IMG/VR virus record: IMGVR_UViG_3300037851_000359
Span: 32,001-96,000 of that record
Origin: a virus
Length of the DNA stretch: 64,000 bases
Reading direction: 5' to 3' (one strand)
In this document: positions 19,433 through 29,004 of the stretch, piece by piece
Layout: the number at the start of each line of letters is the position of its first letter
Numbering within the stretch: position 1 is the first letter of the stretch
Translations under genes and position numbers: made by a program
Notes under the pieces: model-generated
Told to the model about the DNA's origin: nothing
Database searches by the model: none
What the model saw: only the letters and a program-made list of their open reading frames with translations

Positions 19433-20598
19433 ATAAAATCTCCTGAATCTATATTGGTTTTTATTCCATATTTATTTACGGCCATCATATAATATAAATT
19501 ATACAAATTCGAAGTGATCACAGTTATATCTTGCTGACTATGCCAATAATTATAATTTCTGGAAGTTTTTGTATATTCTAATTTAGTATTATCTATTATT
19601 TTAATAGTTGAAATTTCATCATATGGCTTAGAAATATACATTGTTTTATTTCTGCAATCAGACATATAAGAATATAATTTCAATTCATTATCATTTAAAA
19701 ATTTAAATACTGTTTGACTTCTATGATCTAGTTTTTCTTGATATTTACTAGGATCATCTATTTTAATCAATTCCAACCGTTCAATAGGAGAACATAATAA
19801 TGATTTTGTAATATCTTCATATGAATTGGCGAAAGATTCATGAATAGTATCATCTTCCCTATGAGAAATTTTAGAAAAAGAATCTTCTAACAGATATTCA
19901 TATGTATGTTCAGAATATCTACTATTATAAAACATAGAACCATTATAATATGAAGAAGTATGATTCTTGCCAAGTATTTTAAAAATATGTTTTTTACCAA
20001 GATTTTTATGTTCTGCTATATGGGTTTCGGTATTATACACCCACCGATAAATATCATGCCTTCCTAAATATAAAACTCGTTCAAGATCTTTTTTAATAAT
20101 ATAAACACATCCTTCTGTAATATCAGATTTGGCAATTTTATGAGATTGTATATTAGTATATTTAATAGATTCTTGATAATCTTTAGAAGATGCAGGCAAT
20201 AATACTAATTCTTTTCCATCCCAAGCATATACAAAATCGCCTTCTAATCCTTTTCCTTTAACGCTGGAACATTCTTGTAATATAAACAATAAATTTTCTA
20301 CCGTTATTTCAAATTCAAAATCTCTCGGATCATAAACCCGAACATGAGCATGACGATGCCGAAACCAATCACCATGATAATCCCCAACTTTTTTATTCAA
20401 AACAAATCCTGATGTTGGGGTATTATCAAAATCATTTGTCTCTATTTGTTTATCTCGCCATGAATTCCAGCTTGTTTCTTTTCTAAGAATATTTTTTTGG
20501 TCATAATAAATAACATATGCCAATTTTTTTGTATAAGTATCTTTACGGTTTTGATAACCAACTTTTATTTTCGTTGGTATAAATAATTTACTATTCAT
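19429..20598 (-). CDS. Conserved large-phage hypothetical protein
   Basis: IPTKIKVGYQ..KLAYVIYYD..RKETSW..GFVLNK..VYDPRDFEFEI N-terminus. Confidence 0.65.
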   Translation of the reverse strand: MNSKLFIPTKIKVGYQNRKDTYTKKLAYVIYYDQKNILRKETSWNSWRDKQIETNDFDNTPTSGFVLNKKVGDYHGDWFRHRHAHVRVYDPRDFEFEITVENLLFILQECSSVKGKGLEGDFVYAWDGKELVLLPASSKDYQESIKYTNIQSHKIAKSDITEGCVYIIKKDLERVLYLGRHDIYRWVYNTETHIAEHKNLGKKHIFKILGKNHTSSYYNGSMFYNSRYSEHTYEYLLEDSFSKISHREDDTIHESFANSYEDITKSLLCSPIERLELIKIDDPSKYQEKLDHRSQTVFKFLNDNELKLYSYMSDCRNKTMYISKPYDEISTIKIIDNTKLEYTKTSRNYNYWHSQQDITVITSNLYNLYYMMAVNKYGIKTNIDSGDFI

Positions 20599-22718
20599 TT
20601 GATTATTTCCTTGAATTGTGATTCCGTATTTTTAAATTTTTCTAATAATTCATTTTCGCATTCAGAATACATCATTTGAATTTCAGGATCATTAAAATTA
20701 TAAATTCGATCTTCAAATGAGGTAGTTTCAACACGATCCAAGAATCTGGTTTTAAAATCTGCTAAATCTTTTCCATAAATATGATAAGAATCTGCCTGCC
20801 AATTCAACCGACCCATTTTAATATTCCAATTAGTTTTATCTTGAATTGGTTTAATAATGGATTGTTTGATAAATTGAATAAACCCAAATTGATTCATAAA
20901 ATTTGCTGAGAAAGCATCATTACTACGGAAACGAATATTTGTATTGAGATAATAAATGCCATTATCTTCTAACAACCGGAACCATAAGGATTGAAGGCAA
21001 TTATGAACTATATGATTATTAACAATTATAGCATGATCATTATGTGTAACTTCAAAATCATATACATCATCAACACAATTATGGGTTATTTTTGTAATTG
21101 GTAAATACAATATATTGTTTTGTATTTTAAAGTTTATAGATCTCCATCGGATTGACGGAATTTTATTAAATGCTCTATGGCAACTATAACCATATTTTTT
21201 AAATATTTCTTTAATTGGAATTCCGTTTATTTTATCAGAATTAATCCTTTTATATAATTCTATTTGTTCATCGTGTTTTTTCTGAGTTTTATTTATTATA
21301 GATTTGGCAACTATATATTTTAATTGTTTTCTGCTATCCAATCGAAAATCTATTTTTTCTAACAATAATTTTATACTATAAAAATCATTAACATATAATT
21401 TATAAGTTGGATTTTTTGATTTATTTGAATAAGATATATGTCTACTATATGTAATACCAAATTCATTTAACAATTCTTCAACATAATCAATACATTTTTT
21501 CCAATTCATACCAAGTTGTATTGATATTTTTCCATTTTTTGTAATATAAATACATCCCTCTGCGGAATACAAACCAATCAAAAATTGAATTTTTTGTTCA
21601 TAATTTAATTTAAATTGTTTGATTATCATATTTTGATTTATTTTTTTGCCAACTATACAACCAATATTCGCCAGTTTTTCATATAATTCTTTTGAAGCAA
21701 CATAAATTTTTTTAGTAGTACCACCTGTTTTAACCATTGCGGATTTTATAAATTTTTCTTTACATATTATTTTATTATTTGTATTTTTTGATAAATAATT
21801 ATAAATCCAAGAATCATCACTGTCTTTATGCATTGAAAAACACACATCATGACGTTTTATATTTCTTGAATGATTTTTTCCACTTGATAACCACCCATCA
21901 CCATGCATAAATCCCAACACATGATAATCAGTAACCTCTTTACAATTGTCAACTAGCGCAACATAATCTAAAATTTTTAATTTATTTGCTTCTATCCAGT
22001 TACCAGAATCAGAATATATTAATTGGTCGGGTGATACTATAATTTTATCATAATCAGTTTTAAATTCAATAGTTTTAGATTTTTTAGTAAAAAATTTAGT
22101 AACGATATCAATCTTATATTTGCGTTCTGTAAAATCATATACAAATATTTCGTCCCCATTTTTTAATTTTTCTATCTCTATTTCACCTTTTGGGGTCTTT
22201 ACTAATGATCCTCTGGCAAAACATGCAGGATCATAGCAATTTGTGTCAAACCTAGGATCCCAGGTAATCATTTGAGCTTGTCTAGTAAATGGTTGATTAA
22301 TCAATTTATTAACAACAATTTTTATTTGGTCTATATTTTCGCCAAGCCATGATATTAAAGTATCAGAAGATTTATATTTAATACGACCCCAATGACGCAA
22401 ACGACCAGAATAAGTATATTCCCATCTGGTATCATGTTCATCATTATAATTTTTTATCCAACCATCTTTAACACCCATCAATTCAAAAACATATTCCCGC
22501 AAATCTTCAATACCACCAGGAAAACATTTATGAATCATTGGATCGCTATCTGGTTCTAAAGTAGTCATATTCATTGTACAATCTTTTGATAACGGATCAC
22601 CGGGTTTATCATATTGGGTTTTAAATTCGACCCCATTTTTCCATAATTCTAACAATGATTTTTCATAGGTTTCGGCTAGGGATTTACCCTCGACATGAAG
22701 TACCGGGATGTTTTTCAT
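20595..22718 (-). CDS. Divergent (archaeal-like) thymidylate-synthase-fold enzyme with intein; 299 aa after splicing
   Basis: YTYSGRL, TRQAQMITW, DPA|CLQ catalytic motif restored by splicing, FRSND, SYHIY. Confidence 0.8.
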   Translation of the reverse strand: MKNIPVLHVEGKSLAETYEKSLLELWKNGVEFKTQYDKPGDPLSKDCTMNMTTLEPDSDPMIHKCFPGGIEDLREYVFELMGVKDGWIKNYNDEHDTRWEYTYSGRLRHWGRIKYKSSDTLISWLGENIDQIKIVVNKLINQPFTRQAQMITWDPRFDTNCYDPACFARGSLVKTPKGEIEIEKLKNGDEIFVYDFTERKYKIDIVTKFFTKKSKTIEFKTDYDKIIVSPDQLIYSDSGNWIEANKLKILDYVALVDNCKEVTDYHVLGFMHGDGWLSSGKNHSRNIKRHDVCFSMHKDSDDSWIYNYLSKNTNNKIICKEKFIKSAMVKTGGTTKKIYVASKELYEKLANIGCIVGKKINQNMIIKQFKLNYEQKIQFLIGLYSAEGCIYITKNGKISIQLGMNWKKCIDYVEELLNEFGITYSRHISYSNKSKNPTYKLYVNDFYSIKLLLEKIDFRLDSRKQLKYIVAKSIINKTQKKHDEQIELYKRINSDKINGIPIKEIFKKYGYSCHRAFNKIPSIRWRSINFKIQNNILYLPITKITHNCVDDVYDFEVTHNDHAIIVNNHIVHNCLQSLWFRLLEDNGIYYLNTNIRFRSNDAFSANFMNQFGFIQFIKQSIIKPIQDKTNWNIKMGRLNWQADSYHIYGKDLADFKTRFLDRVETTSFEDRIYNFNDPEIQMMYSECENELLEKFKNTESQFKEIIK
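21000..22223 (-). mobile_element. Intein with LAGLIDADG endonuclease (408 aa)
   Basis: Begins CFARGS, ends IVHN before Cys; VLGFMHGDG and LIGLYSAEG motifs. Confidence 0.9.
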
Positions 22719-22740
22719 AGTTTTCCTTCCGTGGTTTATG

Positions 22741-22768
22741 ATTCTACATTGTTGTTTATTATTGTCAA
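22741..22768 (-). promoter_or_regulatory. sigma70-like promoter TTGACA-N16-TAGAAT
   Basis: Upstream of the TS-like gene and its AAGGA RBS. Confidence 0.75.
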
Positions 22769-23064
22769 GTTGTTAGCCAGTTATGCATAAAATTAATATA
22801 CATTAATATTACCCATATGATTAATGATGTAAAAGTATTCGTTAACAATTTAAACCCAATGGTTTCAATAATATTTCCTATGTCAACCCCACTAGAAGCA
22901 TTTCCCGTATCAGATGATGTTTTTTTGTTTAATGTTTTCATATTCATAATCAAAGGCGTAATTCTTCCTGAAAACATGTCAACTATTAAACAAGAATATT
23001 TAAGATAAAAGGGAATAAAAAAGAAATTTAAAAGCATAAAATGGGTTGTTGATAATTCTGGCAT
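22765..23064 (-). CDS. Membrane protein, probably the 3' part of a gene interrupted by the TnpB element
   Basis: Two hydrophobic segments; frame extends upstream as LFFEGIYD to 23088. Confidence 0.5.
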   Translation of the reverse strand: MPELSTTHFMLLNFFFIPFYLKYSCLIVDMFSGRITPLIMNMKTLNKKTSSDTGNASSGVDIGNIIETIGFKLLTNTFTSLIIWVILMYINFMHNWLTT

Positions 23065-23089
23065 ATCATAAATACCCTCAAAAAACAGT

Positions 23090-24464
23090 TACCAAATTAA
23101 TGGAAAAGTATTCCATTTTGGTTAGTTGTTGGGGAAAGTGGGACTGTAAACTCCACACCATCTAAAGTATAGAATCCGGTTTCTTTCCAGTAAAACCCTT
23201 TTCTATTTAACTTTAGATTCCGTAATTTCAGAGGTATATCGGGTAAGTTCTGTTGGTGATTGCATGATGCATTATAATCTGCATCATTGGAAAATCCACA
23301 ACCACTACAAACATATAACTTTCCCTTCCTATTACTATTACGGACCAAACCGCAATTACTACAACGTTGACTTCGATAGGTGCAACTTTGCAAGGTTACA
23401 TGGACGCCACTGACCTCGCAGATACTTATTAATTTATCTCTAATCACTGTGTTAGTCCAGTGTTTTAGTAGTCGAGAGGTATTTTTTCTATAATTTATAT
23501 TATATATTTCTTCTAATTTAACATGTTTAATATTTTGTAGTTGTAATTGGTTGATTGACCAATTGATAAAGTTTTTTCTATGTTGTTGAGCTTTTTGCCT
23601 TTTTTTCTTTTTGCCATATGTTCAAGTATTGAATCTAGTGAATGCCCATGAATATCAGTTTTTGGAGTACTTTGTTGATCAGAAAAGGACATAATAGTTT
23701 TCTTGCCCTGGTCTGCGCCAACGTCAATTCCGTCTTTTTTCTTTTCTATTTCCTTTCTCCATCTGAAGTTAACAAAGTTTTCAGTAAATAGGAATGATTT
23801 TAACAAGTCCCAGGTTTTATATTTTTTATTTTGTCTATGGAATTTAATAGGGATTCTGATGGCCCCAAATTCCTCCCCAAGAGATTTCAGATGAATAAAT
23901 CCATCAAATTCATTAGATTTAATGGGTTTAAATTCGCAACATATTGAATTTATTTCAGGGTTAAAGTTATCTAGTGAAGGTTTAGTAAGAGGTTTTTGAA
24001 TAATCGTGAATAGTTTATGATTATAGAGGTTATTTTGTAGTAATTTATTGAATATATAGATTCTTTTTCTGGGTTTTTCGGTATTTGCTTTAATAATACC
24101 AAGTACTTGAGTGAGGATACATTTTTTAGTTCTAGCGGACAATTTTGAAGAGAAGTTTTTAATATTTGCTTCGATATTTACATTTGATAGCATAGAAGGT
24201 ATATTGAGTTCATTTTTTCTGATAGAGAAGTAGTTATTTTTGTCATTTATTTGGTAGTTTATATCATTATTCCAGAGGTAATCAAGGTATTGTTGAGCAG
24301 TTGATTTGCATTCATCTAAGAATTTAAGATAGTTAGAATATTTATTAGTATTCATAAATTTCAGGGAGTGTGAGGTAGTTCTAATCATTTTATTATATTT
24401 ATATCTTTATTATACTATATTTTTAAACATTTTTCTATGACTACGGGGAAAAGACTTGAACACC
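23090..24464 (-). mobile_element. Non-autonomous tnpB-only IS200/IS605- or IS607-like element (ends approximate)
   Basis: tnpB without tnpA; the flanking ORFs rejoin in frame. Confidence 0.55.
23097..24388 (-). pseudogene. tnpB: TnpB/Cas12f-like RNA-guided nuclease, frameshifted near 23600
   Basis: RuvC-I VGADQG; the -1 frame continues KAQQHRKNFINWSIN..KLEE..WTN; SQRCSNCG/CSGCG zinc finger; DADYNAS. Confidence 0.85.
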
Positions 24465-24565
24465 TTTAAAAAATTAGTATATGCATATTGCTCAGGCAAC
24501 GCCCAAAAAAACGAAAAAATAAATGGCCCAGCTAAAATCATTAATAATAGTATTAAAAATTTCAT
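24410..24565 (-). CDS. Short hydrophobic ORF, probably the 5' part of the interrupted membrane gene
   Basis: AAGGA RBS; MKFLILLLMILAGPFIFSFFWALPEQYAYTNFLK; not in the ORF track. Confidence 0.5.
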   Translation of the reverse strand: MKFLILLLMILAGPFIFSFFWALPEQYAYTNFLKVFKSFPRSHRKMFKNIV

Positions 24566-24587
24566 GGCATTTCCTTACGTTAAAATG

Positions 24588-25526
24588 TTAGATGGCTACA
24601 GGAACATTCATTTTTGGTAACGGATCATATTCTTCTAATTTAAAATCTTCAATAGTATAATCATAAATAGAATTTTTATTATTTAATTTTAATATTGGTG
24701 ATTTTATAATAGGACGATTCAAATATTCTTTAACAAAATCATTATGATTTAAATAAATATGCGCATTTCCAGAGATATGAATTAACTTAGATGGGGTCAT
24801 ATTAACCTGTTGAGCAATCATATAAGTATAAAAGGTAGCACCTTGCAAATTAGTTGATAAATTACCAATAAACATATCTGAACTCCGTTGATACATAACA
24901 CAAGTTAATTTATTAAATATATTATTTTCATCCGGTTCTGCTATAAATTGGTATGTATGATGGCATGGGGGCAATTTAACTTTATTTAATGTATCAGGAC
25001 GCCAAAAAGTAAATAATATACGTCTGGAAGATGGGTTGGTTTTTAATTCATTTATAACATAATCTATTTGGTTAAACCCTTTATTGTTCTCTAAGTCATT
25101 CAAATCAGCACCAAAATGGATTAAATTAGGACCATATCCATATCCAATGCTTGATTTATCAAAACCTTGAGAGGTTGCCCATTCTTCATCCCGCCAATAA
25201 TCCCATATTTTTGATCCCATCTTATTTAAATCATCAATCTTATCAGAACCAGTTAAAAACCATAAATATTCTTTTAACATAGACGACCAAACCGTTTTTC
25301 GTCTCGTTGGTATTGGAATCCTTTTAGAAATATCAACTACAGTTTTTATTCCAGGTAAAAACTTTATTCCCACACCAGTACGATCTTTTGATACAATGCC
25401 ATTATTTAAAACATTTTCTAAATTATTATCAAAATCCATTAAAACATAATCAAGATTATCTACAATTTTTCGATAATCATTGATAATTTTTTCTTCTGTA
25501 TAATTTTTAGTTATTAAATTATTCAT
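24588..25526 (-). CDS. thyA: Thymidylate synthase (classical)
   Basis: DRTGVG, EYLWFL, SRR, LPPCH, YQRSSD, AHIYLNH. Confidence 0.95.
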   Translation of the reverse strand: MNNLITKNYTEEKIINDYRKIVDNLDYVLMDFDNNLENVLNNGIVSKDRTGVGIKFLPGIKTVVDISKRIPIPTRRKTVWSSMLKEYLWFLTGSDKIDDLNKMGSKIWDYWRDEEWATSQGFDKSSIGYGYGPNLIHFGADLNDLENNKGFNQIDYVINELKTNPSSRRILFTFWRPDTLNKVKLPPCHHTYQFIAEPDENNIFNKLTCVMYQRSSDMFIGNLSTNLQGATFYTYMIAQQVNMTPSKLIHISGNAHIYLNHNDFVKEYLNRPIIKSPILKLNNKNSIYDYTIEDFKLEEYDPLPKMNVPVAI

Positions 25527-25761
25527 TTTTTAGCTTTCCTTCATGTTTTTCTAATTCTTTTTTAAGAATATCTAAAGAATTATACAAATCCATGAATATA
25601 GCATCTTCAATACGATCAATATTTTCATGATAATTACCATCATAGGTTTTGATATATGTTTTATCCTGCAATAATCGTAAATTATGATGAGCATTATCTA
25701 AGCATTCTGTTATTTCCGTTATACTTTGCAACATTTTATCAATTTTTCTTGAATTAATCAT
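25519..25761 (-). CDS. Hypothetical protein
   Basis: Coupled ORF. Confidence 0.55.
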   Translation of the reverse strand: MINSRKIDKMLQSITEITECLDNAHHNLRLLQDKTYIKTYDGNYHENIDRIEDAIFMDLYNSLDILKKELEKHEGKLKNE

Positions 25762-26204
25762 GGCAATTCCACCAAAAAATGAGTTTCATCTTTCAATTGT
25801 TCATCTATTATCTTTGAAACAATATTCCAATCACCATTTGCCAATCCACACCCAATTTTAGGATATGCTATAATCATTCCAGAAAAGTGTTTTTTAATAA
25901 TACTAAAACAATTTTTCAATGCTTCATAATTAACATAAACCGTATTAGGATTTCCGCCATAATTATATTGAGTATACGCATTTACAATATACTTATTATC
26001 AATATTACAATAAGTATTAGTCCCTAATTTTGATTTATCACCTTTTATGGTTTTTTTATCACTTTCATAAGCCTGCGGATATTTATCAGCAATAAGTCTA
26101 GCTATTCCCCCACCCATAGTACAAAAACAGTTACAACCATGGACTAATACTTCGCATTGATTATTTTCAAATATATTTAAAAGATCACCTTTTATAATAT
26201 TCAT
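25758..26204 (-). CDS. Macro domain (ADP-ribose processing) protein
   Basis: KGDL, HGCNC..MGGGIA, PKIGCGLANGDW. Confidence 0.9.
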   Translation of the reverse strand: MNIIKGDLLNIFENNQCEVLVHGCNCFCTMGGGIARLIADKYPQAYESDKKTIKGDKSKLGTNTYCNIDNKYIVNAYTQYNYGGNPNTVYVNYEALKNCFSIIKKHFSGMIIAYPKIGCGLANGDWNIVSKIIDEQLKDETHFLVELP

Positions 26205-26554
26205 AGAGTCTCTACTATTTTAATAAATCCACAAGCCGGGCATATATAGCAGAATTGATATTCAACGCTACGATATTCACCAAATGATTTAATACATCTT
26301 GGCATTAATAGGCTATGATCCGCATCAACTGAACACACCATCAAGGTATTATTTGAATCTGCTTGGTTTTTTATTGTTATTAAACAAAATTGAATAAAAC
26401 GATTGAATATCTCTTCCGATTCGAAATTTATATAATATTGAGTATTAAAAGAATCATTTAAAATGATATCAAGAACTTTACTAACATTACTATCAATAGT
26501 CGAAGTCGAGTCTAATCTTATTATGTCTTTTATAATATTAAAAGTAAAAAGCAT
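26201..26554 (-). CDS. Hypothetical zinc-ribbon protein
   Basis: CPACG near C-terminus. Confidence 0.5.
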   Translation of the reverse strand: MLFTFNIIKDIIRLDSTSTIDSNVSKVLDIILNDSFNTQYYINFESEEIFNRFIQFCLITIKNQADSNNTLMVCSVDADHSLLMPRCIKSFGEYRSVEYQFCYICPACGFIKIVETL

Positions 26555-26557
26555 TGT

Positions 26558-27064
26558 TCAGTCCTCTCTCTTATCAGCTAAATCAAATCCCCGTTTAATT
26601 AAAGTATCCAAAGGATTTATATATTTAGTATTTGTCATTTCATGAAATGATTTGCATAATTCAGTAATAGTATCTTCAGTAATTCCATCACAAACCAGAT
26701 CAGAAACACAATTTATAAATTCTATTTCACGTTCTGAGCATCCGTCAAAAATATTACTATTATTTTTAATATAATTATCTAATATTGAAGCGATATAATT
26801 ATTAATAGTAATATCCCGTTTGTGAGCGTTTTTTGCTAAAGTAATAAAATCTGAATCTTTAATATCTAATTCAACATTATAGCTTCCGTCTGTATTTCGA
26901 TCTTCAACAGTTTCATTAAACTTAGCCTGTTCAATCACATTCAACGGTCGCAATACATATTCTTTTCCATGATCATCAACTATCATAAAGGTTTCACCTT
27001 TTTCAACCCTATCCAAATAGTGATTAAAATCATCTTGAAGTTCATATATAGTTAGTTTTTGCAT
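26558..27064 (-). CDS. Phd/YefM antitoxin-like N-terminus fused to an RHH-like domain
   Basis: TIYELQDDFNHYLDRVEKGETFMI; LAKNAHKRDITINNYI. Confidence 0.6.
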   Translation of the reverse strand: MQKLTIYELQDDFNHYLDRVEKGETFMIVDDHGKEYVLRPLNVIEQAKFNETVEDRNTDGSYNVELDIKDSDFITLAKNAHKRDITINNYIASILDNYIKNNSNIFDGCSEREIEFINCVSDLVCDGITEDTITELCKSFHEMTNTKYINPLDTLIKRGFDLADKRED

Positions 27065-27094
27065 AGTGGTCCTTTCTTTGGTTTGGGTGTTTCA

Positions 27095-27122
27095 ATTTTA
27101 CTAATATTTTTATTATTGTCAA
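27095..27122 (-). promoter_or_regulatory. sigma70-like promoter TTGACA-N16-TAAAAT
   Basis: Intergenic, upstream of an AAGGA RBS. Confidence 0.75.
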
Positions 27123-27129
27123 TCCTTAT

Positions 27130-27756
27130 TCAAACCCATAAATGACTTCTGATTTTCATTAATCGTATTAACATTTCTGTATCTTCATTATAATTATTAG
27201 TTTCCATATCTGTAATTTTAAAAAGGCTATCTTTATAAATTTTTTCTTCATCTTCAGATTTTTTAGGATTTTCTAATAATAAAAATGTTATTGGATCTCC
27301 ATCTTCATCTAAATCATGGGGAACAAATGACAATTTAGCAGGGAATTTTTTATAATGATCCTCTTCTAATAATTTTAAATTTTTTTCTCTATTATTTCTA
27401 TCTTGTGTCCACCATTTATATAAAAAATTTATTTCTTGAAAAATTTTTCGATCTTCATCATTAGTATCATAATCAACTATTTCATTATAATGGGATTTTT
27501 CCACAAATTCTTTTAATAAATTGAAATTAACATGTAACATTCTAGTATCCATATCATAATAATTTGGTTTAAGACCAGTTTTAACAATATGATATTTATG
27601 GGTGGTTCTATATTTAATAAACCATATAATATTTTTTAATTTATATCCAATATAATTATCAAATAATAATGATTTTACCCAATATTTAATACCGCCATAT
27701 TTGATTTGTCTTTTTTGATTCTTAATGAATCGTCTAAACCATGTTTTTATAGTCAT
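27130..27756 (-). CDS. Conserved phage hypothetical protein
   Basis: DTRMLHVNF...LYKWWT...EDTEMLIRLMKIRSHLW. Confidence 0.65.
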   Translation of the reverse strand: MTIKTWFRRFIKNQKRQIKYGGIKYWVKSLLFDNYIGYKLKNIIWFIKYRTTHKYHIVKTGLKPNYYDMDTRMLHVNFNLLKEFVEKSHYNEIVDYDTNDEDRKIFQEINFLYKWWTQDRNNREKNLKLLEEDHYKKFPAKLSFVPHDLDEDGDPITFLLLENPKKSEDEEKIYKDSLFKITDMETNNYNEDTEMLIRLMKIRSHLWV

Positions 27757-28286
27757 TTTAATTTTCCTTCAAGGGTTTCCATGATTATATGATTTAACAT
27801 AGTGTGACATTCTTGAATAATTGGGGTTGATAACGAGGGGATGTGAATAACTACGTTACAAGTTGTTGCAAATGGGGAAGTTTTCTGACCAGTAAACAAT
27901 ATTTTTTGAAAATTATGATTGCATTTTACAATATTTTCAGAAGTGCCAGATGTTGAATAGAATAATACAAGATCCTTATCAGTTACATGAAACAATTGTT
28001 TAGAAAATATTTGATTATAATTGAAATCATTAGAAAGAGACGTAATAACAGCTACATTAGTGTTAATACAAATAGAATTGATAGGATTTCTTACTTTTTT
28101 GAATCTGCCCACCAATTCAGCAGTCATGTGCATAGCATCACATGCAGAACCACCATTGCCGCAAGTATATATAACCCCTTTATTAGAAATAGTTTGCATC
28201 ATTTTTGCAACAATTTCATTGATATGATGTTCTAATTTTGATAATTTATTGATAATTTTTAATCGTTCTGCTATTTTTTTATTCAT
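27753..28286 (-). CDS. gmhA: Phosphoheptose isomerase (SIS domain)
   Basis: CGNGGSACDAMHMTAELVGRF, SND, STSGTSEN, IQECH. Confidence 0.9.
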   Translation of the reverse strand: MNKKIAERLKIINKLSKLEHHINEIVAKMMQTISNKGVIYTCGNGGSACDAMHMTAELVGRFKKVRNPINSICINTNVAVITSLSNDFNYNQIFSKQLFHVTDKDLVLFYSTSGTSENIVKCNHNFQKILFTGQKTSPFATTCNVVIHIPSLSTPIIQECHTMLNHIIMETLEGKLK

Positions 28287-28288
28287 AA

Positions 28289-28741
28289 TTATTCCAAAAA
28301 GACAAGGGTTGACAAATGATCACGATGTGACTTTAAAAAATAGTTAAATATAATTTTGTTATCACCATTTGTCATAAAATCAGAACAATCAACAATTAGC
28401 ATGTCACTGATTCTACCAGATAAGCGTTCTAAATCAGAAGTATGAAAAATGTTATTGGTATTAAAATCTTTTTTATATACTGAAACCTGTTGTTTCATTG
28501 GCATGACGATCATATAATTAGCAACTAATTTAGGAACAATCTCACGAATAAGAGTAGTATGTCCCATTTGACGACAACCTTTAAATTTTATGACACAAAA
28601 TTCTCTTATATAATGTTCTTGCGACAAATTATTATATATTTTATCAGAATATAAATGTTTACGAAAATTAATAGTTGATAAATATAACAATTCAAATGAT
28701 TTTTGAAAATCATTTCTAATTTTTTGTAAATCATCTTCCAT
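28289..28741 (-). CDS. Small degenerate P-loop-like protein
   Basis: GCRQMGHTT and LIVD resemble Walker A/B of terminase-like ATPases. Confidence 0.45.
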   Translation of the reverse strand: MEDDLQKIRNDFQKSFELLYLSTINFRKHLYSDKIYNNLSQEHYIREFCVIKFKGCRQMGHTTLIREIVPKLVANYMIVMPMKQQVSVYKKDFNTNNIFHTSDLERLSGRISDMLIVDCSDFMTNGDNKIIFNYFLKSHRDHLSTLVFLE

Positions 28742-28772
28742 AAAGGACTTCCTTTATTTAAGGTTGAGCAGA

Positions 28773-28949
28773 CTATTGTTTATTTTTATCAGATTCAGAT
28801 TCAATATTTTCCGTTTCTAATTCAACTAAAAATACATCTTTATCAAAATCAATTTTTAAAACCTTTTTATTCATTTTTTGAGTTATAAATTTGGTTAATA
28901 ATTGTTTTACATCGGTAACATCAACTTCAATGGTTTTGCGAATTTTCAT
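28773..28949 (-). CDS. Small hypothetical protein (58 aa)
   Basis: AAGGAG RBS, MKIRKTIEVDV..., downstream of a promoter; below the ORF-track cut-off. Confidence 0.6.
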   Translation of the reverse strand: MKIRKTIEVDVTDVKQLLTKFITQKMNKKVLKIDFDKDVFLVELETENIESESDKNKQ

Positions 28950-28970
28950 AAAATTCTCCTTGGACTTTTA

Positions 28971-28998
28971 ATTGTATCCAAAAAATCATTAATGTCAA
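28971..28998 (-). promoter_or_regulatory. sigma70-like promoter TTGACA-N16-TACAAT
   Basis: Divergent intergenic region. Confidence 0.75.
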
Positions 28999-29004
28999 GA
29001 ATAA

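Noticed and set aside
20595-22718. T4-like dCMP hydroxymethylase / glucosyl-hmC system
   Set aside because: The specificity residue is Asn rather than Asp, and no T4-type alpha/beta-glucosyltransferase or dCTPase was recognised.
23000-24600. Cas12f with a CRISPR array
   Set aside because: No repeat-spacer array near tnpB or anywhere else that I could see.
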